Shown piece by piece: positions 50,516 to 61,914 of a stretch of 64,000 bases of DNA. This DNA comes from Desulfatiglandales bacterium. Its GTDB lineage: Bacteria; Desulfobacterota; DSM-4660; Desulfatiglandales; HGW-15. The stretch spans positions 2,272,001 through 2,336,000 of the forward strand of contig CAXXJJ010000004.1 in the NCBI GenBank assembly GCA_963667015.2, written 5' to 3'. The notes beneath the pieces were generated by a model. It saw nothing but the letters and a program-made list of their open reading frames with translations. It was not told the DNA's origin and did not search any database. Position 1 is the stretch's first letter; every line of letters starts with the position of its first letter. Position numbers and translations under genes: made by a program.

Positions 50516-52015
50516 ATGCCCGGTAAAATCTTAGGAATTGATATCTCAGAACACAGCATATCTGCAGTCCAGGTAATAAGCGGATTAAAGGGATACCAGA
50601 TGGTATCATGCTTTTCCACACCGATAACAGACAACAATCTTGAAAAGGCACTCGAAGAGCTTTCTGAGCGTTTTGACCTTAAAAGCGATAAGAGCCTGTT
50701 AACCATACCTGCCTCCAATGCATCCTTCAGGAATATAAATACCCCCTTCAAGGATTCAAAAAAAATCCGACAGACCATCCCCTTTGAGATAGAAACCCTT
50801 GTACCCTTTGCTATTGATGAATTGATAATAGATTACATCCATACAGATGCGGCTAATCCAGGATCAATTCTGACAGCTGCAATGAACAGGGATTACATAG
50901 GAAAGTATATTGAGCAATTAAAAAACGCAGGGATCGATCCGGATATAATAGATATCCGCCCTGCTCCGGCTGCCACATGGCTTCTTGACCAGGAGAACAC
51001 CTCCGCCAACGGAATCTATCTTGACCTCGAACCCGAACACCCATGTATTGTTATTTTTCAAAATAAAAAAATAGTACTCATCAGGGAATTACCCTGTTCC
51101 TTTGCAGGAAAGGCTGAAGAGGCAAATCCGGATGAAAATGAACATTCTCTTTCGGAACCCATAGAAAGTATAATCAACACCATATGCAGAGAGGCAGACA
51201 GGACCCTTTACTCATATAACTCAAAAATAAAAAACAGTTTTAACATAGAAAAGGTCTTTTTTGGTGGAAGGCTGTCGCTCCACAACAGCAGTTCGGATAT
51301 ATTGAGTAATTTCTTCAAGGCGCCTGCAGAAAGGATCAATGTCAGCAAAGACAGCAGGATTACAATGGAAGCAGGCATTTCAGGCATATACAAGTCGTCA
51401 CTCATGGACAATGCACTTGCCGCGGCAATAAGAGAAGGTAAAAAAAACATCGGTTTCAATTTCAGGAGAGGTGATCTTGCTGTCAAAAGAAACCTTTTTG
51501 GACCAGGCAAGGAAATAAAAAGAATAGCTTATATGGTTTGCGCCTTTCTGCTTATATTATTTATTAACCTCGGCGTGGATTACCATTATATAAGTAAGAA
51601 ACACGCGCTGGTTGAAGAACGTTTCAATAAAGAGTTTGAAAAAAGAATCCCTGAACAAAGGGGCGCAAAAGGAACTAAAGTTCGAATCCAGCTCGTACAG
51701 CAAAAACTTAAAAATCTGCAAAATCCTTCTGCCCAGGTCTCAGATGGTACAATGTCTGATCAAAAAGTACTGGATATCCTGAAAGAGATTTCAACGCGAG
51801 TAGATGAAAAATATGATTTTGATGTCAACAACATGAATATAGGAAACAATGATGTAACTATAGCGGCATCTACTGACAATCTTGATACCGTTACCAAGAT
51901 AAACTCGGCACTGAAAGGATCGCCTCTATTTAGGAAAACAGAGGTAAGGAATATAAAACAGTCAAAGAATAAGGATAGAACAACATTCGAACTAAAACTT
52001 GTAAGGACTGAATAA
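50516..52015 (+). CDS. gspL: T2SS GspL (PilM/PilN-like)
   Basis: Actin-like ILGIDI N-terminus, NFRRG, single TM, periplasmic domain. Confidence 0.8.
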   Translation: MPGKILGIDISEHSISAVQVISGLKGYQMVSCFSTPITDNNLEKALEELSERFDLKSDKSLLTIPASNASFRNINTPFKDSKKIRQTIPFEIETLVPFAIDELIIDYIHTDAANPGSILTAAMNRDYIGKYIEQLKNAGIDPDIIDIRPAPAATWLLDQENTSANGIYLDLEPEHPCIVIFQNKKIVLIRELPCSFAGKAEEANPDENEHSLSEPIESIINTICREADRTLYSYNSKIKNSFNIEKVFFGGRLSLHNSSSDILSNFFKAPAERINVSKDSRITMEAGISGIYKSSLMDNALAAAIREGKKNIGFNFRRGDLAVKRNLFGPGKEIKRIAYMVCAFLLILFINLGVDYHYISKKHALVEERFNKEFEKRIPEQRGAKGTKVRIQLVQQKLKNLQNPSAQVSDGTMSDQKVLDILKEISTRVDEKYDFDVNNMNIGNNDVTIAASTDNLDTVTKINSALKGSPLFRKTEVRNIKQSKNKDRTTFELKLVRTE

Positions 52016-52039
52016 AGATCGAAACTCTGGATAATAAAC

Positions 52040-52564
52040 ATGAAACTGGCTAAACGGGAAAAATTATTTATAGGTGCTGCAGCAGGTATTATCGGGATAA
52101 TTCTTATCCTTAACCTGCTTGTTATCCCCTTTTTTAAAAATAAGAATCATATGGCAAGGGAAACCGAGACCCTGGAAAAATTAATTAAGGATATGGACAG
52201 GGCAGGCATAGCCGGACAGGATATGGCTGAAATATCCGGTGGTCTTGAGAGAGCTTTGGCAAAGAGAAAGGAACCCTCCCTGCTTTCCTTTATTAACAAA
52301 GAAGCTAAAGCTGCAGGTATTGGTCAGGATGAAATGACAAAAACAAATCCATCAAAAGGCAAGGAGAAGGATGGATATATAGAAGACTTCTGTTCATTAG
52401 AGCTTGAGTTAATAACCCTGCCTCAACTGGCTGATTTTCTCTTCCGGATTGAAAAGCCTGAGCAGTTTATCTTTATTAACAATATAAAAATCTCTAAAGA
52501 TAAAAAAGAAGAGGGATATCTTAATGCGAACATCAGGGTGATGTCATATGAAAAAGTGAATTAG
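52040..52564 (+). CDS. gspM: T2SS GspM
   Basis: LAKREK followed by a TM; gene order. Confidence 0.75.
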   Translation: MKLAKREKLFIGAAAGIIGIILILNLLVIPFFKNKNHMARETETLEKLIKDMDRAGIAGQDMAEISGGLERALAKRKEPSLLSFINKEAKAAGIGQDEMTKTNPSKGKEKDGYIEDFCSLELELITLPQLADFLFRIEKPEQFIFINNIKISKDKKEEGYLNANIRVMSYEKVN

Positions 52565-52580
52565 GGGCAGTAACCGGAAA

Positions 52581-53477
52581 ATGCATCTGAGTATAAAAGA
52601 TAATAAACAGCAGTTATGGTACATTCTATTAATAGTATGTTTTACGTTTATACTCCTATATGTTAATTTTCCTTCTAAAGCCCTGACCAATTATATCAGG
52701 GTGGAAGCGGAAAAGAGGTTCCCGGCTATTGATATCGGTTTCGATAAAATAGGTTTAACCCTGTCTCCGGGCATAAAAATACGGGGACTGAAAATATCAT
52801 TAAAGGAAGATCCGGATAATCCTGTCTATGTCTCTAAGAAGTCCTCTGTGAGGGTTTCTATCTGGAGCTGGCTTAAGGGTGAACCCAGATACTATTTTAC
52901 AAGTACAGTAATAGGTGGAAAAATATCAGGCTTTTTTGAAGAAAAAGATGAAGTAAAAAAGGAAAGGATCGATGCCGCAATAGATATAGAGGGACTCACA
53001 CTGGATGATAGAATATTTATTCATCCAATAATAAATGGAAGACTGGAAGGAAAATTAACAGGCAAAATCACATTTATGGGGAATCTATCAGACCCCTTAA
53101 AAGGGAATACTGAAATATCACTGAATCTGTCTGATGGCAAGGTTAAATTTAAAACGCCGATTCTGAATCTGGATGAACTTGAGTATAAAAAAATAAATGT
53201 CTCAGGTGTGATCGATAACAGAAGACTCAATATAAAAGATCTTAATATGACAGGCGGGCCAGTAAATTGCACTGCAACCGGCACAATCCAGATAAGCAAT
53301 GACTTTCTTAACAGCAGGTTAAACCTTAAGACGGAAATAGAACCATTGCCGTCTTTATATCAGGAAATGCCTGAGGCAGGGAATGCTATTAACCTGATGA
53401 AAAATAAAATAAAGGACGGCAAATTACTGATTGATTTTCAGGGGACACTCAACAGGGTAATACCTAAATTCAGATAA
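52581..53477 (+). CDS. gspN: T2SS GspN
   Basis: TM ending YVNFP, beta-rich body, C-terminal GTL..P. Confidence 0.7.
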   Translation: MHLSIKDNKQQLWYILLIVCFTFILLYVNFPSKALTNYIRVEAEKRFPAIDIGFDKIGLTLSPGIKIRGLKISLKEDPDNPVYVSKKSSVRVSIWSWLKGEPRYYFTSTVIGGKISGFFEEKDEVKKERIDAAIDIEGLTLDDRIFIHPIINGRLEGKLTGKITFMGNLSDPLKGNTEISLNLSDGKVKFKTPILNLDELEYKKINVSGVIDNRRLNIKDLNMTGGPVNCTATGTIQISNDFLNSRLNLKTEIEPLPSLYQEMPEAGNAINLMKNKIKDGKLLIDFQGTLNRVIPKFR

Positions 53478-53489
53478 TAACTATTTATT

Positions 53490-54365
53490 ATGACAAAAAA
53501 CATCTACACTATATTAAATATCCTGCTTATAGGCGCTATTATTTTTTTGGGAGTGGATACCTTTTACCGTATTTTCGAGGCCAGGCTTGATCAGCCAGAT
53601 TTTGCAAAAACTCCAGAAATCAAAAAAACTGGTGAGAAAAGAAAAAGCAGGGTTCAGAGATTAAGCGACTACGAGATAATCAACCGCAGAAGTATTTTTG
53701 GTAAAATTGCACAAAGTGATTTAAACTCTTCTGAAGAGCTTCCCGATCTTGAAAACCTTGAACCCACATCACTCAATATCAGTCTCATAGCCACCTTTGT
53801 TGTTGATCAGGAATATTCCGCTGCGGTTATCTCTGTCAAATCCAAACGACCTCCGCAGGATACATATCATATTGGAGACAGTGTAGAAGGCGCACTGATA
53901 AAAAATATCCTTAGAAATAAAGTAATTCTGAGCATAAAGGGTAAAGACCAAATCCTGGCAAGAGATGAAGAGTCTACTCCGACCGGTTCGGCATCATCTC
54001 CGTCTTCAAGGCCCCCTGTAAATCAAGCAAGCAGTACTCCTTTAACACGGTCAATACAGTTACAGAGAGATGATATTGATGAAGCGCTTGGTGACATTCA
54101 GAATCTTCTTACCCAGGCATCAATTAAACCCCATTTTACAGACGGTGAACCGGATGGTCTTGCAATCACGGGAGTCAAGTCCAATTCTATCTTTAGAAAA
54201 ATGGGATTCAGGAACGGGGATATTGTAAAGAGTGTTGAAGGACAAGAAATTAAAAGCCCCGAGGACCTGATATCTTTTTATGATGATTTACAGTCTGCGG
54301 ACAGCGTGTCCATTCAGTATATAAGAAGAGGTCAGGAAAGGACCAATGAACTTAAGCTCAGATAA
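53490..54365 (+). CDS. gspC: T2SS GspC with PDZ domain
   Basis: TM, HR domain, PDZ (GFRNGDIVKSVEG). Confidence 0.85.
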   Translation: MTKNIYTILNILLIGAIIFLGVDTFYRIFEARLDQPDFAKTPEIKKTGEKRKSRVQRLSDYEIINRRSIFGKIAQSDLNSSEELPDLENLEPTSLNISLIATFVVDQEYSAAVISVKSKRPPQDTYHIGDSVEGALIKNILRNKVILSIKGKDQILARDEESTPTGSASSPSSRPPVNQASSTPLTRSIQLQRDDIDEALGDIQNLLTQASIKPHFTDGEPDGLAITGVKSNSIFRKMGFRNGDIVKSVEGQEIKSPEDLISFYDDLQSADSVSIQYIRRGQERTNELKLR

Positions 54366-54418
54366 CATGAGCGAGCTGATGCTCAGTGATTAATACATGA
54401 GTTAGGGCAGCAAAAAAA

Positions 54419-55984
54419 ATGTATAATTCATTTTTCGGACTTAAAGAAACACCATTTAACCTGACGCCTGATCCAAGATACCTGTTTCTCAGCAAGAATC
54501 ACGGTGAAGCGATTGATCACCTCCTTTATGGAATTAATGAGAGAAAAGGTTTTATCCTAATAACAGGAGGGATTGGAACAGGGAAGACGACTCTTTGCCG
54601 TGAGCTTCTCGACAGGCTGGATAAGAATATAAAAAGCGCGCTGATACTTAACTCATATATATCTGATATCGAACTTCTCAGGGTGATTGTACAGGAATTT
54701 GGCGTTAATATTGATACAGACATAGAACCCACAAAAAAAGATTATATTGACGCACTTAACCTGTTTCTCATTGAAAACTTCAGTAACGGAGGAAACGCCG
54801 TTCTGTTAATCGATGAAGCCCAGAACCTGTCCAGAGATGTTCTTGAACAATTGAGGATGATCTCAAATCTGGAGACAGAAAGAGAAAAACTGATCCAGAT
54901 TGTTTTAACAGGTCAACCGGAACTTAATGATATTATTGGAGCACCGTCATTGAGGCAGCTCAATGACAGGATTATTGTACGTTATTTTTTAAAGCCGCTC
55001 GGTTACCATGATATTAGAGGATACATTGACCACAGGCTTATAGTCGCCGGAAGTCATGGGAATATAAAGTTCACCGAAGGGGCATATAAAAAACTGTTTT
55101 CAAAATCAAACGGTAACCCGAGAAGGATAAACAGTATTTGCGATAGGGCGCTTCTAATTGCCTATACCAATGAAACATGTACCGTAACAGCAAGAATTAT
55201 AGAAAAGGCAACAGAAGATCTATACGGATACGAAAACACTGGGAAAAAATCGTACAATAGATTTGGATTACGACCGGGAGTTATCTTCCTGCTCCTGATT
55301 TTTGCATTTACGGCTTTAGCCATTGCCGGATTCAGCAGGAGAGAGGCATTTTTTGAATTTATAGATAGCAATTCAAAAAATGAGATAACACCGAATATTG
55401 ATGATAACACTGCAACAGCCGTAAAGATAACTAAAAAAATTCCCAGCCTGTTTCTGGGAGAGAAAGAGAGTGTCACACAAATATTTTCCCTTTTTTATAA
55501 GTTCTCCGCTGCCGGGCCAAAAGAAGAGAATAAAAGCCGTTTAAATCTGGTCAGCTTTGAACTGGCCCCGGAATATTACATCCTGTTAAAAAAACCATTC
55601 AGGATTAAAACTGCCGGGAACAATGCCGGGCATGAATATCTGCTGATTACGGATGTCAGCGATAAAGGAGCAACATGTCTGGACAGTGAAGGAAATGTTC
55701 AGGAGATATCAAGGAAGTTTCTGTTTGATAACTGGAGTGGAACAGTTTCGTGGATATATCCTGTTTATAATGAAGATCAGGTTCTGAATATCGGCATGAA
55801 GGATCCTTTCCTGGATCGAATGCAGGAGACGCTTAAAGAAATAGGATACATGGTCATGGTTACAGGGATATATGACATGACAACTTTTAACGAGCTGAAA
55901 CGATTCCAGAAAGATTTCGGGTTGCATGTTGACGGTTCAGCCGGCCCCAGAACCAGGGCGCTCTTATATCAGATGGCAGAGTAA
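54419..55984 (+). CDS. gspA: ExeA/GspA AAA ATPase with peptidoglycan-binding domain
   Basis: PFNLTPDP, GGIGTGKT, IDEAQ, GQPEL, FQKDFGLHVDGSAGPRT. Confidence 0.9.
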   Translation: MYNSFFGLKETPFNLTPDPRYLFLSKNHGEAIDHLLYGINERKGFILITGGIGTGKTTLCRELLDRLDKNIKSALILNSYISDIELLRVIVQEFGVNIDTDIEPTKKDYIDALNLFLIENFSNGGNAVLLIDEAQNLSRDVLEQLRMISNLETEREKLIQIVLTGQPELNDIIGAPSLRQLNDRIIVRYFLKPLGYHDIRGYIDHRLIVAGSHGNIKFTEGAYKKLFSKSNGNPRRINSICDRALLIAYTNETCTVTARIIEKATEDLYGYENTGKKSYNRFGLRPGVIFLLLIFAFTALAIAGFSRREAFFEFIDSNSKNEITPNIDDNTATAVKITKKIPSLFLGEKESVTQIFSLFYKFSAAGPKEENKSRLNLVSFELAPEYYILLKKPFRIKTAGNNAGHEYLLITDVSDKGATCLDSEGNVQEISRKFLFDNWSGTVSWIYPVYNEDQVLNIGMKDPFLDRMQETLKEIGYMVMVTGIYDMTTFNELKRFQKDFGLHVDGSAGPRTRALLYQMAE

Positions 55985-55985
55985 A

Positions 55986-56708
55986 ATGAGTTATATAAAC
56001 GAAGCATTAAAAAAGGCACAAAGGGACAAAGATGGCGGTCGTAAAGACTATATCCATACAATCGGAAGAACTGCCGGCCTGGAACGTTCCTTTAGAAAAA
56101 AACCCGTTTATATTATTTCTATAATTATTTTACTGGCTTTAATCCTGATATACTCAAAATCAGGAAGGCAGGCTGAACAGGTTACTGATACAGCAGGAAA
56201 ATTAACCGGTGGCATACAGGTAATAGCAGATGATGATAAACATATATTATTGACGGATACAGATAAGCAGCAGGCAGAAGATCATGCAAGTTTAAATAAC
56301 AGTAGAGAAGAAGAAATCATCAGCAACAGAGAAGCGCTCTACAGTCAGGCAAGCTATTATTTAAAAGATGGGAAATTAAAGCAGGCAGAGGGGATATTAA
56401 AAAAAATTCTTAGTCAGGATCCGGGCCATATAAACTCATTGAATGATATGGGAGTATTGTCTCTTAATGAGGACAGATACGAAGACGCAATCAGTTTTTT
56501 TGAAAAGGCCGTGAGACTGAAACCCAAATTTGCAAACCCCTACTATAATCTTGCATGTGCCTATTCACTGAAAAATGACGTTGATAAGGGAATGGTTTAT
56601 CTGCTTAAGGCAATAGAGATTGATGAAAAGGTAAAGGACTGGGCAAATGAAGATCCGGACCTTCAGAACCTTAAGGAATATGCCGAGTTCACGGCTATAA
56701 CTGAATGA
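55986..56708 (+). CDS. ExeB/GspB-like protein with TPR repeats
   Basis: MSYINEALKKAQ start, TM, TPRs (YYNLACAYS). Confidence 0.7.
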   Translation: MSYINEALKKAQRDKDGGRKDYIHTIGRTAGLERSFRKKPVYIISIIILLALILIYSKSGRQAEQVTDTAGKLTGGIQVIADDDKHILLTDTDKQQAEDHASLNNSREEEIISNREALYSQASYYLKDGKLKQAEGILKKILSQDPGHINSLNDMGVLSLNEDRYEDAISFFEKAVRLKPKFANPYYNLACAYSLKNDVDKGMVYLLKAIEIDEKVKDWANEDPDLQNLKEYAEFTAITE

Positions 56709-56758
56709 AATATAATATATATAAAGGTCCATAATCCATAAACACAGAAGGGTCAATC

Positions 56759-59044
56759 ATGCGACTTAAAAATCATTTTACACTCTTAGCTTTTATTTTC
56801 ACGGTTTGTTTTCTTCTGGCTGGTAACGGCTACAGTGCCCGCCTGTCCGAGGGAAACGAGATAGGATCATCACCGCAGAAAACAAAAAATTCCGAACAGC
56901 CTCCGGAGAACAAAAAGGGGACTCAGACCGGAGCGGAGAAGGAAAATTCCCGTTTTGTACAAATGGATATGCGTGATATGGACATCTCCCACCTGATAAG
57001 TGTTATCAGTGAACTGACGGGGAAAAATTTCATAGTTGATTCCAATGTAAAAGGAAAGGTTACAATCATTTCACCAACAAGGGTATCGGTTGAGGAAGCA
57101 TACAAGACCTTTGAATCTGTTCTGGAGGTGAATAATTTAACGACTGTTCCTGCGGGAAATTCAATAAAGATCCTACCCATCAAGGAGGCAATAAAAAAAG
57201 ATATCGATACCCAGTTCGGGGATACCAGAGAGAACCCGGAAGACAGGCTTATAACCCGTATTGTACCTTTAAAATACGCATCCCCCAAGGATCTGCAGGG
57301 GACCCTAAAGAACTTTAGTTCCGGGATAACACCATATGATCCGACCGGAGTTCTTATTATTACGGATGTACAATCAAATATTATACGCCTTTTAGAAATA
57401 ATCGAAGCATTAGATGTTCCTGGCACAGGAGAGGAAATCACAGTAATACCTCTGAAGCAGGCAAGTGCAAAGACGATAGCGTCTATGCTTAAAACTATTT
57501 TTAAAGCGACTGCTTCCGGCGTTCCGGGGAAAAAGACCAGCCAGACAGCTCAAATGACCATTGAACCGGATGAGAGGACAAACAGCCTGATTGTTGTAGC
57601 TTCGGAAGTTGATACCCTTGCAATAAGAGAACTGATCGACATGCTTGACATTAATACAAAGGTGAAGGAGACATACATGTATATGATCTTCAGAATGCCG
57701 ATGCTGAAGAACTGCAGAAAACACTTATGGCTCTTCCCAAGAACACCAGTCAGCCAGGACAGCAGGGCGCTGCAATACCTGTGCTTTCAAAGGATATTCA
57801 GATTGTTGCGGACGCGCCTACCAACTCATTGATCATCACAGCGCAAAAGGATGAATACGAGATACTTAAAGGTGTGATTGAGAAACTGGACAGACCAAGA
57901 AGCATGGTCTACATACAGGCCCTTGTCATGGAAGTCAGCATGAAAAAGAATTTTGAAATCGGTGTACAATGGCAGGTCGGGGACACCGGTGATTCGGCCT
58001 CATATTTTGCAGCATCCAATCCCGGTGTAAATAACTTTCCATCCGTATCAGTGAAAACGGCTCTGTCAGTCTGGCCACAGGACTGGACATCATGGTATTC
58101 TCGGGAGAAACGATCACTATAGGGGGAATAGAATTTGCTGATCTGGGCGCTGTTTTCAGGGCATATGAGACCGATTCCGATGTACAGATTCACTCCAATC
58201 CCCAGATAATGACTCTTGACAATGAAGAAGCCGCGTTAGGCGTTACAGATAATGTACCATATATAACAAGGCAGGATCAAACTACTTCAGGGAACGACTA
58301 CACTAATTACGATTTCAAAGACGTTGGTGTTAAGCTGAAAATCACACCGCAAATCAACCGCGAAAGGGTTGTACGATTAAATATTGAACAGGAAGTCAGC
58401 CAGGTATCAAGTACAAATGAAGCCGGGCAGCCGACAACCTTTACAAGAACAGTAAATACTACCATAAGATTAAAGGATGGGCAGACAGCTGTGATTGGGG
58501 GACTTATTGATACGAAAGATGACAGAACAAATTACAGGGTGCCTTTGCTCGGGCGTGTTCCCCTTCTGGGCTGGCTGTTCAGATCAAGGACTAACTCCAC
58601 GGAAAAGAAAAACCTCTATTTATTCGTAACTCCGCGTATTATCGAAAACCCGGCAGAGGCAAATGAGCTTTATGAAAATAAAAAAGGACATATTGATAGT
58701 GTTAGAGAAGGTGTTATCAGAATGCATAATGACGGGAAACTCCCGGAAGACATGAGGCGTGTGGAGCTGGGTTACAGACACCTTCAGCTGAAGGATTATG
58801 AAAAGGCATTGAAATATTATCACAAGGCACTTGATAAGAATCCAAACAATGCATATGCAATATATAATATAGGTTATATATATGAGATACAGGGTGAAAA
58901 AGAAAAGGCTATGGAAATGTATGAAAAGCTTATAGCCATGGATCACCTGACAGGGCAACAGACTCAACAGATTCTTTACAGATAGGCCGAAAACTCACTG
59001 ATATGGCAAAGGATAATCTTAAATCTTTAAAGGCAGATAAATAA
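56759..59044 (+). pseudogene. gspD: T2SS secretin GspD with C-terminal TPR, split by three frameshifts (pseudogene or assembly error)
   Basis: ORFs 56759, 57727 and 58092 plus the tail ...DMAKDNLKSLKADK* join by -1 shifts near 57660, 58048 and 58943; secretin motifs DERTNSL, DVGVKLKITPQI, VPLLGRVPLLGWLF. Confidence 0.88.
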
Positions 59045-59045
59045 T

Positions 59046-60734
59046 ATGAAATTTCTGGGCGAAATACTGCTGGAACTAAAGGTGCTTTCAGAGGAAGCAC
59101 TGGAGAAGGGTTTAAGGTTTCAGGAAGAAAAAGGCGGATTAATAGGTGAAATACTCGTACGACAGAAGGCATTATCTGAACCCGACCTTCTAAAGGCACT
59201 CGGGATACAATATCATCTGGAATATCAGCCCACCGTTTCTGTAAATGATATTATTACCGATTTTACCGAAAAAATTCCCATACAATACCTGAAAAAATAC
59301 TGCATGATTCCGGTTATAACAAATGACTCCACCAAAATAGCCATTAACAATCCCGTTGATTTTCAACCTCTGGACGATCTGAAACTGCGGTTAGACATTA
59401 AGGATGCCGAACCCTTTCTTGCGCCAAAGGCAGAGATACTCTCCTCCATTAACTTTATATATGACAGCAGCCGGGATTCAGCAGAACAGGTGCTCCAGGA
59501 TATGCACGATGAAAACGGCGACTCCATAATTTCGGCGATGCAGGAAGCCAGCGACCTTCTGGATGACACAAGTGACGCACCTATCATCAAACTTGTAAAT
59601 GTCATGCTCTCCCAGGCGGTAAAAGACAAGGCAAGTGATATCCATATTGAACCGACACAGAAAGGCCTCAAAATCAGGTACCGGCTTGACGGGATACTCT
59701 ATGACATGATCTCGCCCCAAAAACAGATACAGTCTGCACTTATATCACGTGTAAAGGTTATGGCAGATATGAATATAGCGGAAAAGAGACTTCCTCAGGA
59801 CGGCCGCATTGAGATTCGGATCGGAGACAAAAACATTGATATCAGGGCATCAACCATCCCAACGGCTTTCGGAGAAAGGGTAGTATTAAGGCTCCTGGAT
59901 AAAACAAAGATCTTTATAAGTATATCGGAGCTGGGTATGCCTGATGAAAGGCTTGATGAATTTAATGAGCTTATTAATGCTGCACATGGCATCTTTCTTG
60001 TCACTGGCCCTACCGGAAGCGGTAAAACAACTACACTCTATGGCGCACTCTCTACAATTAATAATACGGATAAAAATATTATTACTATTGAAGACCCGAT
60101 TGAGTATCAACTCGATGGCGTTGGCCAGATACAGGTAAATCCTAAAATTGACCTCACATTTGCACGGGGATTACGCTCTATAGTCAGGCAGGACCCTGAT
60201 GTAATTCTTGTGGGAGAGATACGTGATCTTGAAACTGCAGAGATAGCTATACAATCAGCCCTCACAGGCCATCTTGTATTTTCAACGCTCCATACAAACG
60301 ACTCGGCCAGTGCAGTTACAAGACTCATAGATATGGGGATTGAACCTTTTCTTATAACATCATCGGTTATTGCCATTCTCGCCCAGAGGCTTGTTCGTGT
60401 TATTTGTCCAAAATGCAAGGAAGAATATCATCCTGATGAACAATCCCTTGCAAAGGTAGGCATAACCCCTCAAATGCTGAAGGGCAGAAAAATATACAGG
60501 GGCACAGGATGCCCTGCCTGTCTTAATACCGGGTATGCCGGGAGGACAGGTATTTTTGAACTTCTGATTGTCAATGAATCTATCCAGAATCTGATATTGA
60601 AAACATCTGACTCCAATGCTATCAAGCAGAAGGCGATTGAAAACGGAATGGTTACCTTAAGGCAAAACGGTGCTCAAAAAATCCTCAGTGGTATTACCAC
60701 TATTGAGGAGGTATTCAGGGTTACTTATCAGTAA
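59046..60734 (+). CDS. gspE: T2SS ATPase
   Basis: ASDIHIEP, GPTGSGKTTT, RQDPDVILVGEIRD, CPKC/CPAC. Confidence 0.95.
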   Translation: MKFLGEILLELKVLSEEALEKGLRFQEEKGGLIGEILVRQKALSEPDLLKALGIQYHLEYQPTVSVNDIITDFTEKIPIQYLKKYCMIPVITNDSTKIAINNPVDFQPLDDLKLRLDIKDAEPFLAPKAEILSSINFIYDSSRDSAEQVLQDMHDENGDSIISAMQEASDLLDDTSDAPIIKLVNVMLSQAVKDKASDIHIEPTQKGLKIRYRLDGILYDMISPQKQIQSALISRVKVMADMNIAEKRLPQDGRIEIRIGDKNIDIRASTIPTAFGERVVLRLLDKTKIFISISELGMPDERLDEFNELINAAHGIFLVTGPTGSGKTTTLYGALSTINNTDKNIITIEDPIEYQLDGVGQIQVNPKIDLTFARGLRSIVRQDPDVILVGEIRDLETAEIAIQSALTGHLVFSTLHTNDSASAVTRLIDMGIEPFLITSSVIAILAQRLVRVICPKCKEEYHPDEQSLAKVGITPQMLKGRKIYRGTGCPACLNTGYAGRTGIFELLIVNESIQNLILKTSDSNAIKQKAIENGMVTLRQNGAQKILSGITTIEEVFRVTYQ

Positions 60735-60968
60735 TCTCTAATTAAAGGGCTTAAATAATTGCTTTAAAATATTAATTCAATCATCATTTCTGATCCTTTA
60801 TTTTAGAGTGATACAAATTAATATTAAAATTGCATTAATATTAATATATCTTTTAAATTGCTTCAGGTTATAATTATAACTTGTATTTTTGTCTAATAAA
60901 TGTTATTTACTTTAAGAATCTTAATAATGTTAAATTTAGTCAGGGATGATCTTCAGAGGTGAATTATC

Positions 60969-61259
60969 ATGAAAGTGCAATGTCCTAAATGTAGTGCAAA
61001 ATATAATCTTGACACTTCCAAGATCCCGTCAATTCCTGAAAAAGGAATAACTATAACATGCCCGAAGTGTAAGAATAAATTCCCTTTACTGATAAAACCA
61101 CAGGAAAAAGAAGAAGCTAACAACAAAGAAAAGAAAGATGTTATCATTCCGTGTCCGGACTGCGGTCATGTAAATATATCATCACCAAAATGCCTTGGCT
61201 GCGGAAAGGTATTCAGTAAAGAAGAGCTGCAAAAACTAAAAATTTCCATAGGCGGTTAA
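60969..61259 (+). CDS. Double zinc-ribbon protein (MJ0042-like)
   Basis: CPKC..CPKC and CPDC..CLGC. Confidence 0.8.
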   Translation: MKVQCPKCSAKYNLDTSKIPSIPEKGITITCPKCKNKFPLLIKPQEKEEANNKEKKDVIIPCPDCGHVNISSPKCLGCGKVFSKEELQKLKISIGG

Positions 61260-61454
61260 CCCCTGCAGGAAACGCCTCTTACCGTTCCTCTATCTTTTTG
61301 TGTTACCAGAAACAAATATTTTACTACAGAGATAAGTCAAAATATTGACAACCTCGCTATTTTTATTACATAAAAAAATAACTACCTGGCATAATCTGAC
61401 ACAATACCGCATATAACCGGTTTAATTTACTGATTGTTTTTCCATATTTATTTC

Positions 61455-61470
61455 TGGCATGATTTCTGCT
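61455..61470 (+). promoter_or_regulatory. Sigma-54 -24/-12 promoter motif
   Basis: TGGCATGATTTCTGCT (GG-N10-GC) 56 bp before the receiver gene. Confidence 0.65.
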
Positions 61471-61526
61471 TATCTAATATATATAATCTCTAAAGTATTA
61501 ATAAATTTATTAGCGGGAAAATCAAA

Positions 61527-61913
61527 ATGTCGGAAGGAACCAAAGATATCTTGATAGTTGATGATGAAGAGCAGATGCGTCTTGCCCTGAGAAGAATGCT
61601 TGAAAGAGAGGGGTACTCTGTAAGAGAGGCTGAAAATGGTGACAAGGCAATCCGTATCCATAGAGAAAAACAGGCCGACTTGATAATAACAGACATAATA
61701 ATGCCTGACAAGGAAGGACTGGGCACTATTGTTGAAATAAAAAATGAATTTCCGAATACGAAAATTTTTGCAATGTCCGGAGGCGGGAAAAACGCTCCTG
61801 AGCAATACCTGCGCATGGCTACCGGACTGGGCGTTGACAGGGTATTTATTAAACCCTTTAACAGGGAAAAAATTCTGTCGGCAGTTGCAGAAGTGCTGGG
61901 ACAGGAAGAGTAG
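61527..61913 (+). CDS. Single-domain response regulator
   Basis: LIVDDE, TDIIMP, MSGG, KPF. Confidence 0.92.
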   Translation: MSEGTKDILIVDDEEQMRLALRRMLEREGYSVREAENGDKAIRIHREKQADLIITDIIMPDKEGLGTIVEIKNEFPNTKIFAMSGGGKNAPEQYLRMATGLGVDRVFIKPFNREKILSAVAEVLGQEE

Positions 61914-61914
61914 A

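Noticed and set aside
57650..58950. Programmed ribosomal frameshifting in gspD
   Set aside because: Three successive shifts without X-XXY-YYZ slippery sites is implausible
60780..60950. AT-rich palindromes (TTAATATTAA) as a replication origin
   Set aside because: No DnaA-box cluster or iterons; low-complexity intergenic DNA
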